From the NCBI GenBank assembly GCA_964571055.1, contig CAZNAL010000002.1, positions 1,503 through 65,502 on the forward strand: 64,000 nucleotides of DNA. The letters run 5' to 3'. The position numbers and the translations under genes are program-made. The notes below the pieces were generated by a model, which had not been told where the DNA came from, did no database searches, and was given only the letters and a program-made list of their open reading frames with translations. Origin of the DNA: an uncultured Oscillospiraceae bacterium. GTDB lineage: Bacteria > Bacillota > Clostridia > Christensenellales > CAG-138. Below, piece after piece: positions 38,220-46,344 of this stretch (its first letter is position 1; every line of letters starts with the position of its first letter).

Positions 38220-38672
38220 ATGAAATCTTTGCGGCAGTCCATGATCTTGGATATTATCGCGCAGGAGGACGTTGAAACGCAGGAGGATCTCGCGGCGCGT
38301 TTGCGCGCGCACGGGATGAATGTGACGCAGGCCACGCTTTCCAGAGATTTTAAGGAGCTGCGCCTCATCAAGGTTCTCGCGTCCGACGGCAATTATAAAT
38401 ATGCAACGGTGGATACCGCGGAAAACGGCTTGCAGGAACGCTTTAACAGCATATTCGCACATGCCGTTATTTCCATCCATTCCACCGGCAATCTTATCGT
38501 CATCAAAACCATGACGGGTACCGCTAACGCGGCAAGCGAAGCGATCGATTCCCTCAAGTGGAAGGACGTCGTGGGTACGATCGCCGGTGACAATACGATC
38601 TTTATCGCGGTCAGTGAGGGCGCGGACACGCAGGCGCTTATGGAAAAGTTTAGGGCGATGGCAAAAAATTAG
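38220..38672 (+). CDS. argR: arginine repressor
   Basis: RQSMILDIIAQEDVETQEDLAARLRAHGMNVTQATLSRDFKEL; GTIAGDNTIFI. GGGAGG RBS. Confidence 0.95.
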   Translation: MKSLRQSMILDIIAQEDVETQEDLAARLRAHGMNVTQATLSRDFKELRLIKVLASDGNYKYATVDTAENGLQERFNSIFAHAVISIHSTGNLIVIKTMTGTANAASEAIDSLKWKDVVGTIAGDNTIFIAVSEGADTQALMEKFRAMAKN

Positions 38673-38682
38673 GAGAAGCGTT

Positions 38683-40383
38683 ATGCTGCAACGGCTGTGC
38701 ATACAAAATGTAGCGTTGATAGAAGGGCTGGACTTGGAATTTACGTCCGGCCTGAATGTTTTGACCGGCGAAACCGGCGCGGGGAAATCCATCGTGATCG
38801 ACGCGGTGAATTTGGCGCTCGGGGAGCGCGCTAGCCGCGAGCTTATCAAGCATGACGCGGAAAAAGCGAAGGTGGAGGCGGTTTTTACCGATATTGGCGA
38901 CGCGCGGATACGTACCGTACTGGAGGAAAGCGGGATCGAGGCGGAGGACGAGCTGATCGTTTCGCGCGAGCTTTCACAGAACGGGAAAAACGTGTGCCGC
39001 ATCAACGGGACGCTTGTGACGCTTTCGCTTCTCAAATCCATCACGGACCGGCTGGTGGATATTCACGGGCAGCACGAGCACCAGGCGCTTTTGAACCCGC
39101 TGACGCACATAGGCTTTTTGGACGCTTGCGCGCCTTGGGAAGAACTACAGCCCATCAAGGCGAAAACGGCGGAAGCCGCTTCCGCGTATCACGCGCTGCT
39201 TACGCAGGACGCTCTGGGCGCTATGAGCGAGGAGGAGCGAGAAAGAGAAGCGGAGCTGCTGCGCTATCAGATTAGGGAGATCGAGGCGGCGTCGCTGCAG
39301 GAAGACGAGGAGGACGCGCTTATGAAGGAGCGCGCGCTGCTCATGAACGCCGAAAAGATCATGGAAGCGCTGGAACAGAGCTATGGTTTGCTAAGCGACG
39401 AGCAGGGCGTGATGACGCAGCTGCAGGGCGCGCGCCGCCACATCGAGAGCATTGGCGAATATGACGAGGCTTACGCAAAGATCAACGAACGGCTGACGGA
39501 CGCATATTATACGCTGGAGGATACGGTTTTAACTTTGCGGGATTGCAAAAGCGGGTTTGAGTTTGACGCCGCGCGTTTGCAGCAGATTGAGGAACGATTG
39601 GATCTGATCGCGTCGCTCAAGCGCAAGTACGGAAGGGATCTCTCCGCGGTGCTTGCGTTTTGCGCCGCGATGAAGGAGAAGCTGGAGGCGATCGAGAACG
39701 CGTCGCTTCGGCAGGCGGAACTGCAAAAAAAGCGCGAGGCCTGCGAAAAGTCGTATCTTGAAGCCGCCGCGCGCCTTACGAAGCTGCGCACGGCGACGGC
39801 GAAGACGCTGAAAGCGCAGGTAGAGGAACAGCTAAACGACCTTGGCATGAGCAAAGCCGATTTTCAGACACGCTTTACGAAGTCCCAAGCTCCGCGTTTT
39901 TCATCCGAGGGGGAAGACGACATTGAATTTTTGTTAAGCGCCAACGCGGGCGAACCTGTGAAGCCTTTGGCGAAGGTAGCCTCCGGTGGCGAGCTTTCCC
40001 GTATCATGCTGGCGTTCAAGGCGATCTTTGCGGACAGAGACGCGATGCCTACGTTGATATTCGACGAGATCGATACGGGCATCAGCGGGCGGATGGCGTC
40101 CGTCGTCGGGGAGAAGATGGTGCGCATCGCCATGTCGCATCAGGTGCTGTGCGTTACGCATCTGCCGCAAATCGCGGCGCTGGCGGATACGCATTACATG
40201 GTGGAAAAGCAGAGCGACGGAAAAGCAACGCATACGCGCGTGCAGCGGCTGGATGACGACGGCTGCATACGGCGGCTTTGCGATATGATGAGCGGCGGAA
40301 CAAGCTCCGCGTCGGCGCGGGAGCACGCGCGCGAGCTTTTGCAGGCGTCTAGAAAGGATAAGGCGGAGATTCGCGGACGTTAA
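38683..40383 (+). CDS. recN: DNA repair protein RecN
   Basis: MLQRLCIQNVALIEGLDLEFTSGLNVLTGETGAGKSIVIDA; ASGGELSRIMLA; LIFDEIDTGISG. AGGAGAAG RBS before ATG 38683. The track start at 38587 lies in argR. Confidence 0.95.
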   Translation: MLQRLCIQNVALIEGLDLEFTSGLNVLTGETGAGKSIVIDAVNLALGERASRELIKHDAEKAKVEAVFTDIGDARIRTVLEESGIEAEDELIVSRELSQNGKNVCRINGTLVTLSLLKSITDRLVDIHGQHEHQALLNPLTHIGFLDACAPWEELQPIKAKTAEAASAYHALLTQDALGAMSEEEREREAELLRYQIREIEAASLQEDEEDALMKERALLMNAEKIMEALEQSYGLLSDEQGVMTQLQGARRHIESIGEYDEAYAKINERLTDAYYTLEDTVLTLRDCKSGFEFDAARLQQIEERLDLIASLKRKYGRDLSAVLAFCAAMKEKLEAIENASLRQAELQKKREACEKSYLEAAARLTKLRTATAKTLKAQVEEQLNDLGMSKADFQTRFTKSQAPRFSSEGEDDIEFLLSANAGEPVKPLAKVASGGELSRIMLAFKAIFADRDAMPTLIFDEIDTGISGRMASVVGEKMVRIAMSHQVLCVTHLPQIAALADTHYMVEKQSDGKATHTRVQRLDDDGCIRRLCDMMSGGTSSASAREHARELLQASRKDKAEIRGR

Positions 40384-40409
40384 CCGCGGCGCGCCACATA
40401 TTTATCCAA

Positions 40410-40439
40410 GTATACATATGCGCTTATACACCCATGATA
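40410..40439 (+). promoter_or_regulatory. sigma-G/F-type forespore promoter candidate for spoIVB
   Basis: GTATA-18 nt-CATGATA matches the B. subtilis sigma-G consensus GHATR-18-CATXHTA at every specified position. It abuts the recN terminator. Confidence 0.5.
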
Positions 40440-40472
40440 ATCACTGCGGAACCTATCCGCAGTGATTTTTTT
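40440..40472 (+). terminator. intrinsic terminator after recN
   Basis: Perfect 11-bp stem ATCACTGCGGA / TCCGCAGTGAT, 5-nt loop, then TTTTTT. Confidence 0.85.
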
Positions 40473-40485
40473 GTGAGGTAGCGCG

Positions 40486-41721
40486 TTGAAACATAAGGGA
40501 CTGAAACGTATCGGTATGCTGTTGTGCATCGTGGCGGCGGCTTGCAATGTAAGCAAGCCTATGCAGCTTGTGGGCGCGCTTCCGGGCGAAATGTATATAA
40601 CGGAGGGCGAAGAAAGCGCGCTTCCGGCGGAATTACAACCGCCGTTTTCCCTTGCGGCCGACGCGGCGCCTGTGGATGCGAGCACTTCGGAACGGCTGCG
40701 TGAAACCGAACGGATCGTAGAGGTAAAACTCTTTGACCTCGTGACGGTGAAGCGCATGCAGGTGCACCAAAGGGAGCGCGTTATGCTGATGCCGGGCGGA
40801 CAGTCCATCGGCGTTGCGCTGTATATGCCGGGTGCGCTCGTGGTGGGTATGACGAGCTTCGCAGCGATGGACGGAAAAGCGGCATCGCCCGCGCAAACGG
40901 GGGGATTGAAGGCGGGGGATATTATTGTGGGTGTAAACGGCGAAAAAGTAAAGAATGCGGTACATTTAGCCGAGCTTTGCACGCGCGGCGGCAATACGCT
41001 GTCCCTGACGGTGCGGCGGGAGGAGGATACCTACGGTCTAGAGATCGCGCCGGTGCGGGCGGCTGAGGACGGCCTTTATAAGCTGGGCGTTTGGGTGCGG
41101 GACAGCACGGCAGGTATCGGGACGATCTCTTTTTACACGATGGAAGCGCTTCGATACGGCGCGCTCGGCCATCCTGTAACGGATGTGGATACGGGGTCGA
41201 TGCTGCAAATCGAAAACGGCGAAATATCCTTGGCGCGCGTGATCGGCATTTCTTACGGCTTACAGGGCGTTCCGGGGGAGCTGCACGGCGCGTTCGGCGG
41301 GGCGAACGAAAAGATAGGCGCGCTTCGTACCAATACGGAGTACGGCATCTTTGGAGAACTCTACGCCCCGCTTGCGCACCCTCTCTACCCGCAGGGAGTG
41401 CCCTTGGCGTATGCGGATGAGGTCAAGGCCGGAGACGCGCTGATCTTATCCTCGGTAGACGAAAACGGCGTGCAGGCCTTTACCTGCCGGATCAACAAAT
41501 GCTTTCCGCAGGAAAAAGCGTCGGGCAAGGGTATGATTATCGAGATCACAGACGAAAATCTGCTTGCCGCGACGGGCGGTATCGTGCAGGGCATGAGCGG
41601 CAGCCCCATCATACAGGACGGGAAGCTGGCCGGCGTTGTAACGCACGTTTTTGTGAACGACCCGACCCGCGGCTATTGCGTGTACGCGGAATGGATGTAC
41701 GAAGCGGCGCTGGCACAATGA
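40486..41721 (+). CDS. spoIVB: SpoIVB peptidase (S55 signalling serine protease)
   Basis: TTG start with GAGGT RBS. PDZ region GGLKAGDIIVGVNGEKV; GIGTISFYT...GALGHPV; catalytic GIVQGMSGSPII. Synteny recN-spoIVB-spo0A. Confidence 0.92.
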   Translation: MKHKGLKRIGMLLCIVAAACNVSKPMQLVGALPGEMYITEGEESALPAELQPPFSLAADAAPVDASTSERLRETERIVEVKLFDLVTVKRMQVHQRERVMLMPGGQSIGVALYMPGALVVGMTSFAAMDGKAASPAQTGGLKAGDIIVGVNGEKVKNAVHLAELCTRGGNTLSLTVRREEDTYGLEIAPVRAAEDGLYKLGVWVRDSTAGIGTISFYTMEALRYGALGHPVTDVDTGSMLQIENGEISLARVIGISYGLQGVPGELHGAFGGANEKIGALRTNTEYGIFGELYAPLAHPLYPQGVPLAYADEVKAGDALILSSVDENGVQAFTCRINKCFPQEKASGKGMIIEITDENLLAATGGIVQGMSGSPIIQDGKLAGVVTHVFVNDPTRGYCVYAEWMYEAALAQ

Positions 41722-41748
41722 AAAAGTCTTTATTTACCTAAAAAAGTT

Positions 41749-41757
41749 TGTTATAAT
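41749..41757 (+). promoter_or_regulatory. extended -10 promoter candidate (TGTTATAAT) 7 nt upstream of the spo0A ATG
   Basis: tttgTTATAATtcaaaatATG. There is no Shine-Dalgarno between this element and the ATG. Confidence 0.4.
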
Positions 41758-41764
41758 TCAAAAT

Positions 41765-42553
41765 ATGAAACCTATGCGTGTGTTGATCATAGACGACAAT
41801 ACGGATTTCGCATTGCGGTTGCAGCAGTGTTTTGCCGCTTCGGAGCGCTTTGAAGCGTTACCCTGCGTCAGCGTCAGCCGCGACGCTTTGCAGGCGTTTA
41901 AGGAACTGCAGCCGGATATTGCGGTACTGGATATGATCATGCCACAAATGGACGGCATGGAGCTTTTGTCCAAGTTGCATGACATGAAGCTATCGGCGAA
42001 CACCATGATATTTGCGACCACGCCCTTTTATTTGAATCCGGCGATTATCCAACAGGCTATGGATATGGGCGTTGTTTATTTCTTTTATAAGCCTATCGAC
42101 ATTAACAGCATTTTTTCGCGCGTGAAGGAAACGGTGCAGGCAAGGCAGCGTATGTTCAGCCTGCCCGTGAGCGCAAAGGCGGCGGCGGTCGATCTTCGAA
42201 TCGAGACGATATCCGTGAATTATCTGCGCGCGCTGGGCGTTCCGGCACATCTCAAGGGATACGGTTATATCAAAAGCGCTTTGCAATACTGTGTCAGTCA
42301 CGGCGGGAAGGTGCCCAATATTTCCACCGAGCTTTTTCCCATGCTGGGCGCACCCTATGGCGCTTCATGGAAAACGGTGGATCGCGATGTGCGAACGGCA
42401 ATCGAATATGCGTGGAATTACGGCAATATTGACGCGCAGCACCAGCTCTTCGGTTACACGGTCGATCGCGGAAGCGGCGCGCCCACCTGCAAGGAATTCA
42501 TCGCTATGCTGTGTGAACGCGTGGTCATGCGCATGAAGCAAAAGCCGGAATAA
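41765..42553 (+). CDS. spo0A: sporulation master regulator Spo0A
   Basis: Receiver domain: RVLIIDDNTDF, phospho-acceptor VLDMIMPQMDG, FFYKP. Spo0A_C domain: NYLRALGVPAHLKGYGYIKSAL...WKTVDRDVRTAIEYAW...FGYTV...PTCKEFIAML. ATG 41774 is an alternative start. Confidence 0.95.
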   Translation: MKPMRVLIIDDNTDFALRLQQCFAASERFEALPCVSVSRDALQAFKELQPDIAVLDMIMPQMDGMELLSKLHDMKLSANTMIFATTPFYLNPAIIQQAMDMGVVYFFYKPIDINSIFSRVKETVQARQRMFSLPVSAKAAAVDLRIETISVNYLRALGVPAHLKGYGYIKSALQYCVSHGGKVPNISTELFPMLGAPYGASWKTVDRDVRTAIEYAWNYGNIDAQHQLFGYTVDRGSGAPTCKEFIAMLCERVVMRMKQKPE

Positions 42554-42593
42554 GGCGCGGTCCCCCGTCATAGGCTTTGGCAGGAGGCTATAT

Positions 42594-43178
42594 ATGACGA
42601 TTTCGTTGCGCAGCCAAGGCGGGTTTCTAAAAATCGTAGGAAGGCATCCCTTCCGGTTTATTTTAGGCGCGTGCACGCTGGGGCTGTGCGTTTTATGCGG
42701 CGTTTCCAGCAGCCTTCTTTTCCACGGCCAAGCCGCGGCGCAGCTGCCGTCCCTAGCCGCGCTCCCGCACGGCGTAACCGCCTTGTGGCGCGCCATGCTT
42801 TGCGCAATCGCTTGGCAAACGATGCTTACAAGCGCCGTTTGCTATGGAAAAAACGGCGGGAGCGGCGCGGCTGTCGCGCTTTTTGCGTTCGGGCTTGAGG
42901 GCTTTACCTATGGCTTTGCTTTGAGCGAGCTTCTCTTTTCCTACGGAGAACGAGGCGTTCCCGCTCTCGCGCTCTCGGCGGCTCTATGCGGTATGATGGG
43001 TATCGTATTGCGCTTGTACTGGTTTTTGCGGGACGAGGAGACCTTCGCCGATGCAAAGACGCCACAGGGAAGACGCGGCGTGCGGGAGCCGATACGATTC
43101 GTGGGAAGGCTCGCCTTCCTCGCGCTGTTGCAGGGCGGCTGCATGCCGCTGTTGTTCCATTTGTTGAACATGGACTGA
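42594..43178 (+). CDS. polytopic membrane protein of unknown function (possibly SpoIIM/DUF95-like; weak)
   Basis: 194 aa with AGGAGG RBS, about 5 hydrophobic segments and a Gly-spaced helix ALFAFGLEGFTYGFALSELLF. The family assignment is not secure. Confidence 0.5.
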   Translation: MTISLRSQGGFLKIVGRHPFRFILGACTLGLCVLCGVSSSLLFHGQAAAQLPSLAALPHGVTALWRAMLCAIAWQTMLTSAVCYGKNGGSGAAVALFAFGLEGFTYGFALSELLFSYGERGVPALALSAALCGMMGIVLRLYWFLRDEETFADAKTPQGRRGVREPIRFVGRLAFLALLQGGCMPLLFHLLNMD

Positions 43179-43207
43179 TTGACGCGAAAAAGCTTCGGTG
43201 GTACGAT
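43179..43207 (+). promoter_or_regulatory. promoter candidate for deoB (TTGACG-17-TACGAT)
   Basis: ttgacg cgaaaaagcttcggtgg tacgat, 28 nt upstream of ATG 43235. Confidence 0.35.
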
Positions 43208-43234
43208 GAAAAAAAACACAGCGAGGTGAAGTAC

Positions 43235-44404
43235 ATGGATAGAAGGGTCATACTGATCGTGCTAGACAGCGTGGGGATCGGCGCGCTGCCGGACGCCGCC
43301 GATTTCGGCGACGCGGGCGCGCATACGCTGGGGAATATATACAAGGCGCGCGGGAAGCTTGCGCTTCCCCATATGTACGCGCTTGGTTTAAGTTGTATCG
43401 AGGATGCGCGCTTGCCGGAATGGACAGGCTCCGTAACGGGGAGCTATGGCCGCGTGGCGGAGCTTACGCACGCCAAGGATACGACCTGCGGGCATTGGGA
43501 AATGATGGGTATCGTTATGCAAACGCCCTTCAAAACCTACCCCAACGGCTTTCCTGATCGCATCATGCGGGAATTTGAGAAGCGGATCGGTCGCGGCACG
43601 CTTGGAAATTGCGTCGCTTCCGGCACGGAGATCATTCAGCGCCTTGGCGACGAGCATGTTGCAACGGGCAAGCCCATCGTGTATACGTCCGCCGACAGCG
43701 TATTTCAGATCGCGGCGCACGAGGACGTGATCCCGCTGGAGGAGCTTTACCGGATCTGTAAGATCGCGCGGGAAATGCTCGTGGGAGACGATTTGGTCGG
43801 ACGCGTGATCGCAAGACCTTTTATCAGCGCGGAAACGGGTTACAAGCGGACGGAGAACCGCCGCGATTACGCCGTGCCGCCCATTGAGGAAACGGTACTG
43901 GACGGCTTGAGCAAAAAAGGGCTTACGACCATTGGCGTAGGCAAGATCGAGGACATATTCTGCAAGCGCGGCATAGACGTCGTGAACCATACGCGCAACA
44001 ACCACGACGGCGTTGAAGCGACGCTCGAGTATGTAAAGACTGGCGAAGGGCGCTTTATTTTCACCAATCTGGTGGATTTTGACATGCTTTACGGGCACCG
44101 CAACGATGTGGAGGGGTACGCCTCGGCGCTCGAATACTTCGACGCGCGTCTGCCGGCCATCATGCAGGCCATGCAGCCGGAGGATCTATTGATGATCACC
44201 GCGGATCACGGGTGCGACCCTACGCACGCCGGTACGGATCACACGCGGGAGTATATCCCCCTGCTGGTCTATTCGCCTTCCTTAGAGGGAGGCAAGGCGC
44301 TTGGTACGCTGCACAGCTTTGCGGACATTGGCTGCACGGCGTATGCGTATCTTACGGGCGAGGCTTGGAAAAGCGGCACGTCCTTTTTAGAGAAATTGCG
44401 TTGA
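43235..44404 (+). CDS. deoB: phosphopentomutase
   Basis: MDRRVILIVLDSVGIGALPDAADFGDAGAHTLGNI; TCGHWEMMG; ITADHGCDPT...GTDHTREYIPLL. GAGGTGA RBS. The track start at 42986 overlaps the upstream gene. Confidence 0.95.
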   Translation: MDRRVILIVLDSVGIGALPDAADFGDAGAHTLGNIYKARGKLALPHMYALGLSCIEDARLPEWTGSVTGSYGRVAELTHAKDTTCGHWEMMGIVMQTPFKTYPNGFPDRIMREFEKRIGRGTLGNCVASGTEIIQRLGDEHVATGKPIVYTSADSVFQIAAHEDVIPLEELYRICKIAREMLVGDDLVGRVIARPFISAETGYKRTENRRDYAVPPIEETVLDGLSKKGLTTIGVGKIEDIFCKRGIDVVNHTRNNHDGVEATLEYVKTGEGRFIFTNLVDFDMLYGHRNDVEGYASALEYFDARLPAIMQAMQPEDLLMITADHGCDPTHAGTDHTREYIPLLVYSPSLEGGKALGTLHSFADIGCTAYAYLTGEAWKSGTSFLEKLR

Positions 44405-44415
44405 TCGCTTCTTAG

Positions 44416-44460
44416 ACCCTCCTCGTCGTCGTATGCATAGGTATGACGGGGAGGGTTTTA
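44416..44460 (+). terminator. intrinsic terminator after deoB whose 3' arm is the RBS of the next gene
   Basis: ACCCTCCTCGTC -17 nt- GACGGGGAGGGT (12 bp, one G.U) followed by TTTTATT. GGGGAGGG then lies 7 nt before GTG 44463. Confidence 0.65.
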
Positions 44461-44462
44461 TT

Positions 44463-45605
44463 GTGTGCGGAAAGAAAGAGTCTATCATCTTTTGCCTCTG
44501 TCTATGCCTTAGCCTGTGTTTTCCTATGACGGCGAACGCTTTGCCCGTGGAGATCGGGAGCGCTGCGGCGGCGTGCGTGATGGAGGCGGGCAGCGGCGCG
44601 GTTCTTATGGAGCAGGAGGCGCAGGAAGCGGCTGATGTGGCGGGGCTTATGCGTCTGCCCGCGTTACTGTACGTGTGCGAGGCCGCGGACAGGGGAGAGC
44701 TGGCGCTTACGCAGCGCCTTCGCGTAAGCGAAGCCGCCGCCGCGATAGGCGGGCCTACGGCTTTTCTGACAACGGGGGAAGAAATACTTGCCGGCGATCT
44801 ATACAAAAGCGCGGTCATGATCATGGCGGGCGACGCGATCTTTGCATTGAGCGAGGCCGTGCAATCCTCGGACGAAGCGTTTACGGAAAGCGTAAACGAA
44901 AGGCTTGAAGCGCTGGGCGTTACGGCGCGGTGTACGGACAGGATGGGGAGTACTACGCAGCTTTCGGCGGCGGATGTGGCGCTAGTCGGCGCCGCGTTAT
45001 CGCAAAGCGGCACATTTTTAACGTACAGCGGCATGTACTATGATACCATCGTGCACGATTCCGGTTTGGTCACGGAGATGGCGAGCGCCAATAAGCTTTT
45101 GAAAAGCTGCTCCGGCTGCAACGGCGGCGCGACGGGTTCGTCGGACGCGGCGGGGTATTGCGGCGTGTACATGGCAACGCGCGAGGGAACGACTTATGTC
45201 TGCGCGGTGTTGGGCGCCGCAAACGCCAAGGAACGGGCACAGGCGGCGAAAACGCTGCTGGAATACGCTTTTGCGACCTTTCGGGCAGAGCAGCTTGCGC
45301 AGCGCGGCGAAGTGATAGTTAGCGATGTGCCGGTGAAAAACGGCGTTACTGACGCGTGCGATCTCGTTGCGGCTTCGGATGTGCGGGTTGTTTTACCGCA
45401 GGACGGCGCATATGCGGAGAAGAGCGATATACCCGCTTCCCTTACGGCCCCGATTCGCGCGGGGGAGGTTGTGGGGCGCGTTTCCTATCTTGACGAGGAT
45501 GGCGGGATACTCGCCAACGTCGAGCTTACGGTGCGGGAGGATATGGAGGTTTCAAGGTATCGCGACAGGCTATCTCGGGTGCTGCGCAGCTTTCTGCATA
45601 GCTAG
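44463..45605 (+). CDS. secreted PBP5/DacB-like (peptidase S11 fold) protein lacking all three catalytic motifs
   Basis: Signal peptide (V)CGKKESIIFCLCLCLSLCFPMTANA. It aligns along its length with the genuine DacB at 48690-49814. The catalytic motifs are changed: STTK becomes GLMR, SGN becomes AGD, KTG becomes ATG. Confidence 0.7.
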   Translation: MCGKKESIIFCLCLCLSLCFPMTANALPVEIGSAAAACVMEAGSGAVLMEQEAQEAADVAGLMRLPALLYVCEAADRGELALTQRLRVSEAAAAIGGPTAFLTTGEEILAGDLYKSAVMIMAGDAIFALSEAVQSSDEAFTESVNERLEALGVTARCTDRMGSTTQLSAADVALVGAALSQSGTFLTYSGMYYDTIVHDSGLVTEMASANKLLKSCSGCNGGATGSSDAAGYCGVYMATREGTTYVCAVLGAANAKERAQAAKTLLEYAFATFRAEQLAQRGEVIVSDVPVKNGVTDACDLVAASDVRVVLPQDGAYAEKSDIPASLTAPIRAGEVVGRVSYLDEDGGILANVELTVREDMEVSRYRDRLSRVLRSFLHS

Positions 45606-45620
45606 CTTGCGCATTTGACC

Positions 45621-45650
45621 TTGCTCTGCGCCGTGTGTTTGGCGTATAAT
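45621..45650 (+). promoter_or_regulatory. promoter candidate (TTGCTC-18-TATAAT) for the M50 protease gene
   Basis: ttgctc tgcgccgtgtgtttggcg tataat. Confidence 0.35.
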
Positions 45651-45681
45651 AAGGGCAATGTTAAATGAGGGAGCATAAACC

Positions 45682-46338
45682 TTGAGCTTTATCATGTCCT
45701 ATCTGCGCGATCTTTTAAGCGGTGCGATCTATCTCGTACCGGCGATTTTGATCGCGCTTTCCGCCCACGAATGGGCGCATGCGTTTGCGGCTTATAAGCT
45801 GGGCGATCCGACGGCGATGGCTATGGGCCGCATGACGATCAATCCCCTTCGGCACATCGACCCTATGGGTCTTGTTTTCCTACTGCTGTTCCGGTTTGGC
45901 TGGGCAAAGCCCGTTCCCATCAACCCGCGCAACTTTAACAGACCGCGGCGGGACGAGATCATCGTGTCGCTAGCCGGCGTAGTCGTCAATTTCCTGCTTG
46001 CCTTTCTCACGATGGGCGTGCAGCTTTTCTGCCTGTTCAAGCTCAACGTCGGCAACGCCATACTCATGAACTTCCTGTCGGTGTTTTATTCGTTGAATTT
46101 GGGGCTTTGCATCTTCAACCTGATCCCGATCTATCCGCTGGACGGCTTTCATGTGCTGGAGTGTTTGCTCATCCGTAAGGTCGGCCCTAATTTCTTTATT
46201 TGGATGGAGCGGTACGGTTCCTTCATCTTGATAGCGCTCGTGCTTACGCGCCTGCTTACCGGGATCATGTCCTTTGCCATCACCGGCGTATCCAATGGCA
46301 TTCTGGCGTTTTACAGCTTGTTCTTCCGTATGGCGTAA
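45682..46338 (+). CDS. site-2 protease family (peptidase M50) intramembrane metalloprotease
   Basis: TTG start with GAGGGAG RBS. HExxH motif SAHEWAHAFAAYKLGD; second motif FNLIPIYPLDGFHVL; polytopic. Confidence 0.85.
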   Translation: MSFIMSYLRDLLSGAIYLVPAILIALSAHEWAHAFAAYKLGDPTAMAMGRMTINPLRHIDPMGLVFLLLFRFGWAKPVPINPRNFNRPRRDEIIVSLAGVVVNFLLAFLTMGVQLFCLFKLNVGNAILMNFLSVFYSLNLGLCIFNLIPIYPLDGFHVLECLLIRKVGPNFFIWMERYGSFILIALVLTRLLTGIMSFAITGVSNGILAFYSLFFRMA

Positions 46339-46344
46339 CGATCT

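Noticed and set aside
37668-39044. 458-aa minus-strand ORF spanning nadK, argR and the recN start. Similar long antisense ORFs occur at 29785-30918 (377 aa), 58921-60069 (382 aa), 10523-11569 (348 aa), 48840-49838 (332 aa), 16155-17057 (300 aa) and 52023-52757 (244 aa).
   Set aside because: All are antisense to genes with unmistakable family motifs. Their translations are R/H/L/A-rich with no recognisable domains, RBS or promoter. Long stop-free antisense frames are expected in GC-rich coding DNA.
41726-41757. Shared ATTTACCT…TTTGTTATAAT string upstream of both spo0A and (on the minus strand, 10383-10405) tmcAL, as a possible common regulatory motif
   Set aside because: The spacing between the TTTACC and TATAAT parts differs (13 versus 9 nt). 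Two AT-rich promoter regions can share this by chance, and two instances are not enough.
42986-43234. N-terminal extensions of track ORFs. Examples are deoB from 42986, the lipoprotein from 3381, recN from 38587, mtaB from 21872, spoIIIAG from 29217, dacB from 48588 and tmcAL from 10439.
   Set aside because: The extensions overlap upstream genes, encode Arg-rich junk and lack an RBS. Internal starts have strong SD sequences and reproduce canonical family N-termini.
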